A DNA stretch of 64,000 bases from a virus, in the IMG/VR virus record IMGVR_UViG_3300021091_000012; one strand, written 5' to 3'. The position numbers were made by a program, and so were the translations under genes. A model generated the notes under the pieces. That model saw only the letters and a program-made list of their open reading frames with translations. It was not told where the DNA came from and searched no databases. Positions 11,801 through 20,679 of this stretch are shown here, piece after piece; within the stretch, counting starts at the first letter, position 1; each line of letters starts with the position of its first letter.

Positions 11801-13580
11801 CTTTTGTTTTGAGTAGGAATGGAAGGTTATTAACTATACGCTTCCATATTTCTCTAGTTCTATCCTCACTAGTTGTATCCCACTGAGGTTGTGTTGATCC
11901 TGAGATGTCTGTGCCTAGTGTGTATGCCCACAACTCTTCTAGGGAGTTACCATTGTCAAAATCAATTCCTAATGTTTGTGCAACATTATATATTAGATCA
12001 CGGCTAAATCCTTCGTAAATAGATTCCTGTCTATCGTAGGTCGAGGTTATCTGCTTAACATAAAGCATCAGTATATCGAAGTAGTGTCCTATCATGTTAG
12101 TGAATAGGACATACTCATCATTTGATACATCCTCTAATATATGTGCAGGAATAAGTCTATATAACGCCTTATCGTTGTTGTTGTCGTATAAACTTGCTGA
12201 GCTTATAATCCCTTCATACCATGCTTCAGCTTCAGACGAAGTAACAGAATAATTTACATATGGCTTTGTTGAATTTTGTTTTGGCCATGTTGAAGGATAA
12301 AACTCACCATAACTACTTGACTCGTAGCTTGCTGACTGGTAGTACAAATATTTTTCGTAAGAATCAAAACTACCAAGTAAGGCTGCTCTTTTTGTTTTTG
12401 TATTGATTACGTTTGTTTGAAAGGCTAAACTACTAGATACACTACTACTAGGTAGTCCATTGAGGTTTGTTGTAAGTTCGGCAATTCTACCATCGTAACT
12501 TTCAACTAGAGTCATTTTGTATTTAAAATTCTCTAATCGCTCTGCTGCTGATCCAAATGTTATGTGGTTGTCAAAAGATCTATAATCGACATTTAGTTTT
12601 ACACCTTCTACAAAAGAGCTACTAAGTAGCTGATTTATGATTCCTTCTGTTGTTAAGCTGTTTGCTGATAAAACATCATCCCAATCTCTGTAGGCTGTTG
12701 ATATTGTCGTTTGTTGCTTACTGAGCACATCCCAATTTGGTCCACTAATTTTTGTTTGTCTTCTTGTTGAAGCAGGTGGTACTAGTGTAATACTATCTCC
12801 AATAGGATCGCCTACTTGTTGCGAGATCCATACGGCATCACCCAATACAACACTAGTAGGTAGCGGAGCAGTTAATTTTAATACAATGCTATGTGGAAAC
12901 TGACTGAATGTAAATTTGTCTTGAACGTAGTCAAAAATTTTGTATGCTTCAGTTCCTAGTTCGGTTTGCTTTAATAAAAATAGATTGGTTAGTGTTTGTG
13001 ATTTTGGTATTTGCCAAAATCCCTCCGCAAAGAAATTGAGCCATGCTACGTTATCGTAGACGTCGCTTCTAGTAGGAGTAACTCGTATCTCAAGTCCATC
13101 TGAACTAATTTCATGGATTTCGAGCTTATGACCGTCTGCTGAACCTAGATAATTTCTATGAAATTTATATAAGATCTTGTACTTGCCTGAAATATATCCA
13201 AGTTGTTTTAGATCACTTTCAACATCCATTGTAAACTCTAAACCATTTTTGGTATAGGTTTTTACTCTGAAATTAGATTCTAAATAAGTTCCAATTGCAT
13301 TGTTTACGTCTACAATTAAAGCATCGTTTGGATAGTTGGCAATGCTGTCTGATTTAATTCCAAACGGATCCACAATAGGCTTATCGGCTGGTTTAGGTGG
13401 TGGTGGTGGAGTGGCTGATGCAGGTGTTTTAGGAAAAAAATCGGGATTGTTTAGTAATCCTTGCGAAAGTGGTTCTAGTCTACCTTTTGGTCCTGTTAGC
13501 GACTCACCTGCTCGTATAGGTTCATACTTTGAACCTTCTAGCTTGATTGTGTTTACTGGTGTTGATGGTTTTTTAGCCAC
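8889..13580 (-). CDS. Large baseplate wedge protein (P2 gpI/T4 gp7-like core plus LamG-like region)
   Basis: LLKTKGTERSIRALINCYG motif typical of gpI-like wedge proteins; GSIQEFRYW LamG-like strand; GTG start with late motif at 13591-13598. Confidence 0.6.
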   Translation of the reverse strand: MAKKPSTPVNTIKLEGSKYEPIRAGESLTGPKGRLEPLSQGLLNNPDFFPKTPASATPPPPPKPADKPIVDPFGIKSDSIANYPNDALIVDVNNAIGTYLESNFRVKTYTKNGLEFTMDVESDLKQLGYISGKYKILYKFHRNYLGSADGHKLEIHEISSDGLEIRVTPTRSDVYDNVAWLNFFAEGFWQIPKSQTLTNLFLLKQTELGTEAYKIFDYVQDKFTFSQFPHSIVLKLTAPLPTSVVLGDAVWISQQVGDPIGDSITLVPPASTRRQTKISGPNWDVLSKQQTTISTAYRDWDDVLSANSLTTEGIINQLLSSSFVEGVKLNVDYRSFDNHITFGSAAERLENFKYKMTLVESYDGRIAELTTNLNGLPSSSVSSSLAFQTNVINTKTKRAALLGSFDSYEKYLYYQSASYESSSYGEFYPSTWPKQNSTKPYVNYSVTSSEAEAWYEGIISSASLYDNNNDKALYRLIPAHILEDVSNDEYVLFTNMIGHYFDILMLYVKQITSTYDRQESIYEGFSRDLIYNVAQTLGIDFDNGNSLEELWAYTLGTDISGSTQPQWDTTSEDRTREIWKRIVNNLPFLLKTKGTERSIRALINCYGIPQTILRIREYGGAEPDFNTKTDLQYERFNYALNVGYHGLSSSSFGYYGYSLYGSASYYTSNPSELIRIPWKTLSENNLMPMSTQLRFRMAKNQTLEQRIMEVPDKWQIKAHKNGSSEYLGFYLSGSAGWATASVSSSIYDGAFWSLTLRRENKTDTITDNQTYTLIAKRINHDKITCTHTASLYIDGNTSSSYNTSFVTSGDLWVPGSGSYTYAQSASMTLLTGSIQEFRYWTDTLQDAILDNHALAPTSFQGNTNDVSTGSTSSYYDLAFRLCLGSDNKRINYNLTTSFASQHPNQFNTAFADSSTKEASFFHFIPPLYSPIVERHSLEWPDLGGNRSVGTKIRIEDTFTAGSNIIGGNRQLYRDNSVQRSLADSQPPDSSRLGIYLSPQNELNQDIAEHFGGISIDDYIGNPSHLSLDEYPDLQELKWEWSRKFIFGRNNTQNYIRLIRYYDSSLFQLIKKFVPYRANTQVGLVIEPTIIERAKVRTTVPTREELHYDTELQVGPEALWTPGGAIQDGDGEPFRNQPYWANNGYVNEGTIGGDESDYITLSGEQHKVSEYNDLIQYPTYDFESIRHGVKLCPVLDEIEYDYVVVDGTDVSVCPTFDESFANEYNRLGVANNPSTSGSTNTTIDLGISQYGRDTRVEGSQYEFKTWQRYGTGSGVSAPYMITSSRYDYHEAINPTILDSAYSEIANNSDSIYNEDIYGRRAFSGPLAFTQSVSLSSSLGEAQSLWTSQYGLRIQSSYTGSTPTSSFNSIYHWKIDPTLGLVFTNSFTTAFLQLANVTGSALLDAFFYKSTDRYSQEYLYEVQVRVKEFATVGQRVDLYFGSFTSAYSASIVTSTTSTSYTYITKADGPWLGIVARSHNFFSTQYIAIENVSVRALNYRAQVQDFHLQDSYGMVNARYNGCKMTSPDYNIDSPDTIDGGPVIEVTVGTGVEYSSKPTNRGNFEIR

Positions 13581-13614
13581 TTAATTTTAATATAAATAGG
13601 GAAGAGTAAATTTA

Positions 13615-16530
13615 TTAAGGAATAAGGTTGTCGGTGTTTAAGTTTGGTTTTACACCAACTTCTTGCTCTAATCCCGATAAACCTTCCTCTTCGTTTTGTA
13701 TTACACTATCATTCTCTATGCGATCCGTACTGGCATCTTCTCGTATCTCAACTCCTTGCTGGAATTGCTCTAACTCAGTTTCGTCCCATCCCGGGTTAAG
13801 TTTAGAAGCTTCATATCCTCTACCTTTTTCGTAGGTTTCGTAAGCCTTACCAAGCTCATAAATGTCAACTGGATTGAAAATCCCAGGATTTTCTGGCATA
13901 ACGAAGTGATATATAAAATCACCTGGTTTAGAAGTATCAGTAAAAGATTCGTCGTATATCATTCTTTTTTGCAATCCCCATACTTGATTGCCTTGTGATG
14001 GTATATAGTAGCTTGTATAATTGCTTTCTGGAGTAGCGTCTTGTGGTAGTAATAAAAACTTAGCCATCGTTATACCACAGCGTGGATATCCATATTCTCT
14101 GAATCTAGTAGCATTGGCTGCACGGTCTCCAAATTCATTACAATACATAAAATCACTCATCCAACCCTTCAATTCTGGTTGCCCGTCACTAAATGCTGGA
14201 GATGTATTGGTAAAGGTTATTGTTATTTCTATTGTTGTTGTTTTTTCTGGAATACGAAAATTACCTCCTATACCAAACATAGCAGCAGCACCCTGCTCTT
14301 GCATAGCTTTATAGGTTCTTTTGCTACTAACTGCCGTTCTCTTGTATGGATCCCATTCTGCAGCCTCTGTTGGTATAAAACGACCACCCTCTTTAAAAGG
14401 AAAGTTATTCAAATAAAATGCCGCATTCCTATCCATTCCGGATGTATTGCATTCGTAAATAGGAGTTGATTCGTTGTTTACATTAACAACCTGATATACT
14501 GGTGTTTCGACTACCTTAACTTTTATTCTTTTTTTCTTATCTTGTGCCATTATAATATCGGCAACATTTTTGTAAATAGATCTTTGTCTTTCTATATCAT
14601 ATTCTTTAGATCCTTTTGGATGACCATTTGGCGAGTTGTATTTATAAAACTCACCCTTAGTTTTACGATCATCTATTAAATCCTCAATAGTCCATTTTTT
14701 TATTGTTGCCCTTAATAGTAGGCTTTCTACATCCTTTCGATTTTCCAATCTTAATGATCCTTTAGTTTGAATCTGTGTTCGCTGTGATTGGCTCATATTA
14801 TTTTTATCTATATATCCCCCCATAAAGCTTCCTTTGAGGACTGCTCCCATGTAATCTAGAATCAAATCCTTTACTTTGTTTCTGCCAATAATACCTATGT
14901 TTTTTGCTGGTTTTGAATATAAATCGTTTATCTCAAGCTCAAATATCACATCTACAATTTCTTTCTCAGGAATTGCTGGATTGGGTGACATTAAGGGTTG
15001 GAGTGCCTTTGTAGTTGAGTATGTTTTTCCAAATATCTTTATTGGATTATTGTTTGTTACAAGTAAATCAAATATAGGATACCATGTGAGTGGAAAGTAT
15101 GACTTTTCTTTTATTGCAAATACGTCTGTAGCGTCTGGACCTTCAAACTTTACTTGCGAAAGTGACGATAGTTGTGAATCCCTCATTGTGATCGTAACTG
15201 TAGTCTGATCTTCTACGAGTGGAATTATTTCTATGACAGAACCCTCTTGAATAGCAATTCTATTATCAGTACTGGTTTTTAGTCTTTCAAAGAATTCACT
15301 CGGATCTAGGATATACCAGTTAAACTCCTCTTCACCAGCTTCAGTAGTCACTTTAATCTTGTATCCTGTGATTCCTGCTCCTACGTATGAAAAAAATTGA
15401 CCAAATATAGGTGGAACACCTAGTACAGTATTGTCTATTAGTGCCGATGCACTCTCTACATCTATAATTTGAGATAGCGATGCTACAGATCTTCCTCCTG
15501 CTCTCTCAAATTTTAATTTATCTCGTGTGAAATAGTTTAAAGCTCGATCGACACATTCACCATCTAAACCTATTAGAGATGGATTGTTGTTATTGTTATA
15601 CAAGTCCATCCACTTTATTCCGGGAAAAAAACCTGCACGCTCTGTGGAGCCTAAGGAAATGTCTTCATTGGCTACTATATTAGGTGGCATACTTCTCAAT
15701 GTCCAGGCCATCCAGTCGGGTAGTGAATCATTTATATTGCTTTTTGATCCTTGCTTAAATGCATTTGGATTTTTAATTAACAGATTCTTAAATGCCGGCC
15801 ACAAAAGAGCACTAGCTCCAGATTGGCTAAACCTAAAATCGTGCGGGATTGTTGCTGGTGCTGTCTTTTCTAAATCGTCGTCATAATATCCAAATGGTGG
15901 TAAGCTTCCGTGATGGTAGGTTACAAATACTTCATCTAAAAACGCTCGAGAAATAATACCATCATCTACTACCCAACCATCCGTTCCGCCATTTGCTGAT
16001 CCGTTTGTTATTAGGTTTTTGTACATGAGTGGGTGGCGACGAGGGTCTACCACACTTATGAATACAGAAGTCGTTGTGGTTGTTCCGTATGCATTTGATA
16101 TTTCACAATAATACTCTCCTGAGGACTCAAGCGTAACTTCCTCTGCCGGTAATCTTACACCTCGAAAACCCCTTCCGTTACGCAATGAGTTAGCAGGTAC
16201 GAGTGGGGCTCCATCCTTAAACCACTGATAGATTAAGTTGCTTTCGTTACCTGCATAGTTTAAATCAATAAGTGATGGATCTTGTGCAACAATAATCATC
16301 TCCAACTCCGTACCTGCAGTTATGGAATAAGTACTATTGCGTAGAACCATATCCTCGTAGATTGGTGTACCATCTACAAACTCCTTAATAAACGTTTTTT
16401 GTGTTACGTTGTTTGGAAGATCGGATGCAATTGCAGGTGGGAACGGGGCTTCGGGCATTAAAAAGAAATTGCCTACACGCAATGCTACATCTTGTTGATA
16501 GGTAGTGAGTTTTGTCGTTAGTTTTTTCAT
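13615..16530 (-). CDS. Ig-domain virion protein with putative carbohydrate-binding module
   Basis: Ig I-set signature YQWFKDG ... SGEYYCEISNAYG, then NLITNGSANGGTDGW; paralog of the next gene. Confidence 0.6.
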   Translation of the reverse strand: MKKLTTKLTTYQQDVALRVGNFFLMPEAPFPPAIASDLPNNVTQKTFIKEFVDGTPIYEDMVLRNSTYSITAGTELEMIIVAQDPSLIDLNYAGNESNLIYQWFKDGAPLVPANSLRNGRGFRGVRLPAEEVTLESSGEYYCEISNAYGTTTTTSVFISVVDPRRHPLMYKNLITNGSANGGTDGWVVDDGIISRAFLDEVFVTYHHGSLPPFGYYDDDLEKTAPATIPHDFRFSQSGASALLWPAFKNLLIKNPNAFKQGSKSNINDSLPDWMAWTLRSMPPNIVANEDISLGSTERAGFFPGIKWMDLYNNNNNPSLIGLDGECVDRALNYFTRDKLKFERAGGRSVASLSQIIDVESASALIDNTVLGVPPIFGQFFSYVGAGITGYKIKVTTEAGEEEFNWYILDPSEFFERLKTSTDNRIAIQEGSVIEIIPLVEDQTTVTITMRDSQLSSLSQVKFEGPDATDVFAIKEKSYFPLTWYPIFDLLVTNNNPIKIFGKTYSTTKALQPLMSPNPAIPEKEIVDVIFELEINDLYSKPAKNIGIIGRNKVKDLILDYMGAVLKGSFMGGYIDKNNMSQSQRTQIQTKGSLRLENRKDVESLLLRATIKKWTIEDLIDDRKTKGEFYKYNSPNGHPKGSKEYDIERQRSIYKNVADIIMAQDKKKRIKVKVVETPVYQVVNVNNESTPIYECNTSGMDRNAAFYLNNFPFKEGGRFIPTEAAEWDPYKRTAVSSKRTYKAMQEQGAAAMFGIGGNFRIPEKTTTIEITITFTNTSPAFSDGQPELKGWMSDFMYCNEFGDRAANATRFREYGYPRCGITMAKFLLLPQDATPESNYTSYYIPSQGNQVWGLQKRMIYDESFTDTSKPGDFIYHFVMPENPGIFNPVDIYELGKAYETYEKGRGYEASKLNPGWDETELEQFQQGVEIREDASTDRIENDSVIQNEEEGLSGLEQEVGVKPNLNTDNLIP

Positions 16531-16533
16531 AGA

Positions 16534-19500
16534 TTAGTCGGTTGATTTAATCAACTGCAGTTGATTTGTTAAACCATCATTAATGTAATCATATGTCACT
16601 GTGTATTGCTCTCCGTTTAATCCAAACCCAAATACAGGTGATCCGGTGAGGATTGTCCCTAATTGTGGTGCTGTTCGAACTGCATATAATGACACTGTCC
16701 AATTTGGATCTGCCATTTCTTGCTCTATTTTAATCTGCACGTCTGGTATTTTTGGAAAGCCCCACTCAACGCTCAACGCGTTTATTGTTTTTTTATCTTC
16801 AAAGTAATCTTTTATAGCGTCATCGAATAAACGCTTTGCAGCTAATTTTTCGTTAGCTTCTTGTAAATTTTCAAGTCCAGCATCGTTGAAACTAGAAGCT
16901 CCTAAGGTAGGTGCATCTGGCGACTGAGATTTCCACCATTCTTCAAAAATAATATTGACTGTTGCTGTTGTTGTGTTAGTTTTTTTGAGTTTTTTTACAA
17001 TATCCAAAGCTTCTGCTGGTGTTACTTTTATTATTTGGATTGGTTTTTTGGGAACACCCAAGCCACCTTGCTCAACTGGTCGGGTTATTAACTCTATTGG
17101 TAATTCAATGGTCATTGTTCCGTCTAAGTTAATTTGATAATCCTTTATATTAAAAGCAACTTCCCCTGCTCCGCTTGGTAGATTTTCATCACGATAAATC
17201 AATACTGGTGTTTCAGATTCTGGATCTACTTTTAAATAATAGCTGTTTGTTGTGGATTTTTGTTTTCCTGTCTCTTCATTGGATGGTATTGCTGTATAAT
17301 ACAAAATAAATCTAAATACATTATTCCAATCTGCTTTCCTTCTTTTAAGCTTGTCTGGAACAAAATTTGTTATAGATGTAAACGTTGGTTTTATGTCTTT
17401 GATTGTTTGTATAAGATTCTTTCTTTTGCTAGATCCTAAATCTATTATTGGACGGGTACTGATCACTTTTGCAAACTCACGTAGGCTGGCTGGAGTGTTT
17501 TCCATGTTTGAGGTAAACTCAAGAAGATTTTCAGCGTAGGCATATGCTGGTGATCCTTTGATAAAAGGAAATACCGAATCTGACGTGTTTGATATTTTTT
17601 GAAGTGGGCCGGTTGTATCGAGTTTTCTATCTTTGAGAATTATTGTTAGTGTACGATCTACCGTAAGTACTCCATCGACTATCTTAGGTGTGGATTGTTT
17701 GTTTTTAAACTTAACAACTAATAAACGTTTCAGCAATCCAAACGGATCAAATTTTATATTTGGTAGCAGTGAGGATGGCACATTTGTCTTAGGTTTGTTG
17801 TTGATTGATAATGCTGATCTTGTATATGTCTCTGTTGATACCATATTTGTTTGCTCTAATGGAATCAAAGATAAAGTTATTCCAGTTACTGCTGTTCGGG
17901 GTGACGGACATAGTCCCCACTTTTCTGTATATTCTTTGTCTTTGTATTTAGGATCGTTATCAATTATGGATCTTATGAAGTCAACCTCTGAAGAGCTTCC
18001 AATTTTATCAAAACTGTTTTTTATATAATTTTTTTCCCATCCTATTAATTCGAATATGCGCGTACTATTAGTAAGCTCGTAATCAAGATGCTCAAACATT
18101 TTCCAATCATTAGTCCAAAAATTAAGTGCTATTCTTATTTTATTTGTTTTTGGATTAAGTCTCTCAACCACTACTCTATTAAATTCCATGTATTGACCAT
18201 GAGTTGGTCTTTCGCTCTTGTCTGGATAAAGTTCATCTGCAGCCCACAAAACTGCGTCAACCCAATTTCCTTTTGAGGTTGTGTTAAGATTGTAAATATC
18301 TTGTGTGTAATACTTTTTCTGTAAATTATTTGCCATTGCCTTTGTCCATGGATCTTTGAGAGTTATGGATTTAGGTAGAGTTGATTTAGTTCCATTTGAA
18401 TTTAAAATAGTAGACGTTAATCGTGCCTCCATATCGTACTCTTCTAAAGTAACATATACCTCGTCCATAGGTTTGCCTGGACCTGCTGTCAAAAAGTTCT
18501 CTAAACTGATTCGAGGTGCACCTAAAAAGTAATTTTCAGGATTTATTTTTGTGTCAGGTAGTACTAATTCTCTTGTAGGAGTCCAGTTTAAAATTGCATT
18601 ACCAATATAGCAACTAAATATAGCACGAACTCCATTGATACCATAGATGCTACCTCTAATAAAATCTTGGATTTCTGTAACGTCTATGTCTTGATAAGCT
18701 TTTACGTAAAACGAACCTCCTGCCTTTTCAAACTTATACACATCTCGGGAAAAGTATCCTCCTCTGATTTGGCTATCCGGACTATAAAAAGCTTTCTCGT
18801 ATCCTATATTTTTTAATATACCCGTTTCTATTTGATAAGGTCTTGGATGCATCATATCCATGTTGTATCCAAATAAATCCACACGATTTGGTTTTTTTAA
18901 ATCTGTGGTTTTGATATTTGTAAAATCACGATTTACAAACTCGCTATTATTTGATGTCCAGTTTTCTATCCCATTTGTAGCACTTCCATTCTGAACTAGA
19001 TTTCGATAAAAGTAAGCGTCTAAATCTGGATTATAAACTTCAATTGTGACTGGCTCTGAAAAAACAGAACCTATGTCGTTGGATATTTCACAAACCCATG
19101 TGCCAGCTGATTCTGGTTGAATTCTTTCAAATCGTATACTACTGCCGCTTACCAGTACTTTACTCTGTAAAGACGGTGTTTCGTAAGTGCGAATAATTCT
19201 ATCATCCTGACGCCAGAGATAGTACATATCTTGATTAGGAGCTTTGATTGTTGGAATACCATTTTCTACATTATAGGTATCTGGTTGAATTGCACCTACA
19301 TTCAGAGTAAAGGTTGATCCGATGTAAACCTTAATAACACCATCTTCAAACTTGTACAAGTTGTTTCCGGTTGCATTAGCTGTATTTGCTGATACTATCT
19401 GCGGTCGGGAAGCTTCCCAAACCGGTATGGTAATAATAGGCGGTCTATTGACTACGACGGGCAATAAATCATACTCAGTTAAATTTTCGTTGATGCTGCT

Positions 19501-19587
19501 AGTTTGTACAAACGTAACGCTTCCCGATGTTTTTGCGGAAAGGTTATCGTTTAAGTTGCCATCTAGTGTACCATCTAAATTTCTCAT
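16534..19587 (-). CDS. Ig-domain virion protein with putative carbohydrate-binding module (paralog)
   Basis: YLWRQDD ... SAGTWVCEISNDIG Ig signature, then RNLVQNGSATNGIENW and YQDIDV. Confidence 0.6.
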   Translation of the reverse strand: MRNLDGTLDGNLNDNLSAKTSGSVTFVQTSSINENLTEYDLLPVVVNRPPIITIPVWEASRPQIVSANTANATGNNLYKFEDGVIKVYIGSTFTLNVGAIQPDTYNVENGIPTIKAPNQDMYYLWRQDDRIIRTYETPSLQSKVLVSGSSIRFERIQPESAGTWVCEISNDIGSVFSEPVTIEVYNPDLDAYFYRNLVQNGSATNGIENWTSNNSEFVNRDFTNIKTTDLKKPNRVDLFGYNMDMMHPRPYQIETGILKNIGYEKAFYSPDSQIRGGYFSRDVYKFEKAGGSFYVKAYQDIDVTEIQDFIRGSIYGINGVRAIFSCYIGNAILNWTPTRELVLPDTKINPENYFLGAPRISLENFLTAGPGKPMDEVYVTLEEYDMEARLTSTILNSNGTKSTLPKSITLKDPWTKAMANNLQKKYYTQDIYNLNTTSKGNWVDAVLWAADELYPDKSERPTHGQYMEFNRVVVERLNPKTNKIRIALNFWTNDWKMFEHLDYELTNSTRIFELIGWEKNYIKNSFDKIGSSSEVDFIRSIIDNDPKYKDKEYTEKWGLCPSPRTAVTGITLSLIPLEQTNMVSTETYTRSALSINNKPKTNVPSSLLPNIKFDPFGLLKRLLVVKFKNKQSTPKIVDGVLTVDRTLTIILKDRKLDTTGPLQKISNTSDSVFPFIKGSPAYAYAENLLEFTSNMENTPASLREFAKVISTRPIIDLGSSKRKNLIQTIKDIKPTFTSITNFVPDKLKRRKADWNNVFRFILYYTAIPSNEETGKQKSTTNSYYLKVDPESETPVLIYRDENLPSGAGEVAFNIKDYQINLDGTMTIELPIELITRPVEQGGLGVPKKPIQIIKVTPAEALDIVKKLKKTNTTTATVNIIFEEWWKSQSPDAPTLGASSFNDAGLENLQEANEKLAAKRLFDDAIKDYFEDKKTINALSVEWGFPKIPDVQIKIEQEMADPNWTVSLYAVRTAPQLGTILTGSPVFGFGLNGEQYTVTYDYINDGLTNQLQLIKSTD

Positions 19588-20678
19588 TGATTACGTGAAA
19601 CTTTGAATATCCAGGAATTATCATAAATTTGATAACCCGAACATTCTGTATTGGGAACTCTAATTAAAAATCTATAATATCTTTCTGGTTGAAATGATTG
19701 GAATGGTAAAACAAAATAGTTACCACTCTCAGTTGCACTTATTTTTGTGTAGTCGCTAAAATTGATTATTGCATCGTCTGTATGTGCACTATATACTGCA
19801 TATTGAGATCCTGAAGGTAAGACATGATTATTTAATATTCCGGAAGCTGTGACAAACGTTGGTGTTACATAATTAGAATATGCAGATACATTAAATCGAA
19901 TTACAGATGATTCGGAGTATTTTTCTTGCAAGTTTGTAATTGCAATAGTAAATGGATTGTGTACGTCTAGTTGTGGAATAGATGTCTGATATGACGAATC
20001 GTCAATGCTAACTTCAAGTATTGGTGCATATACTGTATGGGTATCTTTGCTAAAAAATTTAATACTCTTAAACGTAGAAGCAGATGCTTCGTCTGCTGCT
20101 GTCTTCTTCAGTAAGAATCCATAAAAATCTATTGATCCAGAAAAAGCTTTATCAACTATGCTAGATACGTTTATGTTAAGGTCGCCAACTTTGTAGTCAA
20201 ACGATTGTGTTGCTGATGCTGAGGTGTACCATGTTCCACCTCCTGCTGTAGTTATGTATGATCCAGTAGAGTTTGCAGCAAACGAGGATGTAGTCCACTT
20301 GGTTGTCGTATCTGTTAGTGCGTTTCTATATCGCCAACTAACACCCTCAGTTGTTTCTGGTATGTTTCCATATCGTCCAATACCCATATTCCAACTCTGC
20401 GAAACAGCATAACACTCTATGTTGTATTCTAACGGTACCTCTTCTTCCTCTGTCACAAACAGCTTTAAATTCCAATTACATTGTGCCAAGGTATGTCCCA
20501 TGTTAGTTATTTCATCTGAGATATTGTTTAGATCAAAATCAACTAACACTCTAGAATTATATGGTGTTGATCCATCTAAAGTTTTAGAAATATCTAATAC
20601 AGCATCTAACCCTGTATTTTTATTTGGGTAGCGTTCATATATTGTAGCGTCTTTTTTAGGATAAAATCGTAGTATCAT
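19584..20678 (-). CDS. DNRLRE/CBM96-like domain virion protein
   Basis: KDATIYERYPNKNTG ... SRVLVDFDL ... LKLFV ... SQSWN-G ... VSWRYR pattern. Confidence 0.6.
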   Translation of the reverse strand: MILRFYPKKDATIYERYPNKNTGLDAVLDISKTLDGSTPYNSRVLVDFDLNNISDEITNMGHTLAQCNWNLKLFVTEEEEVPLEYNIECYAVSQSWNMGIGRYGNIPETTEGVSWRYRNALTDTTTKWTTSSFAANSTGSYITTAGGGTWYTSASATQSFDYKVGDLNINVSSIVDKAFSGSIDFYGFLLKKTAADEASASTFKSIKFFSKDTHTVYAPILEVSIDDSSYQTSIPQLDVHNPFTIAITNLQEKYSESSVIRFNVSAYSNYVTPTFVTASGILNNHVLPSGSQYAVYSAHTDDAIINFSDYTKISATESGNYFVLPFQSFQPERYYRFLIRVPNTECSGYQIYDNSWIFKVSRNQ

Positions 20679-20679
20679 A

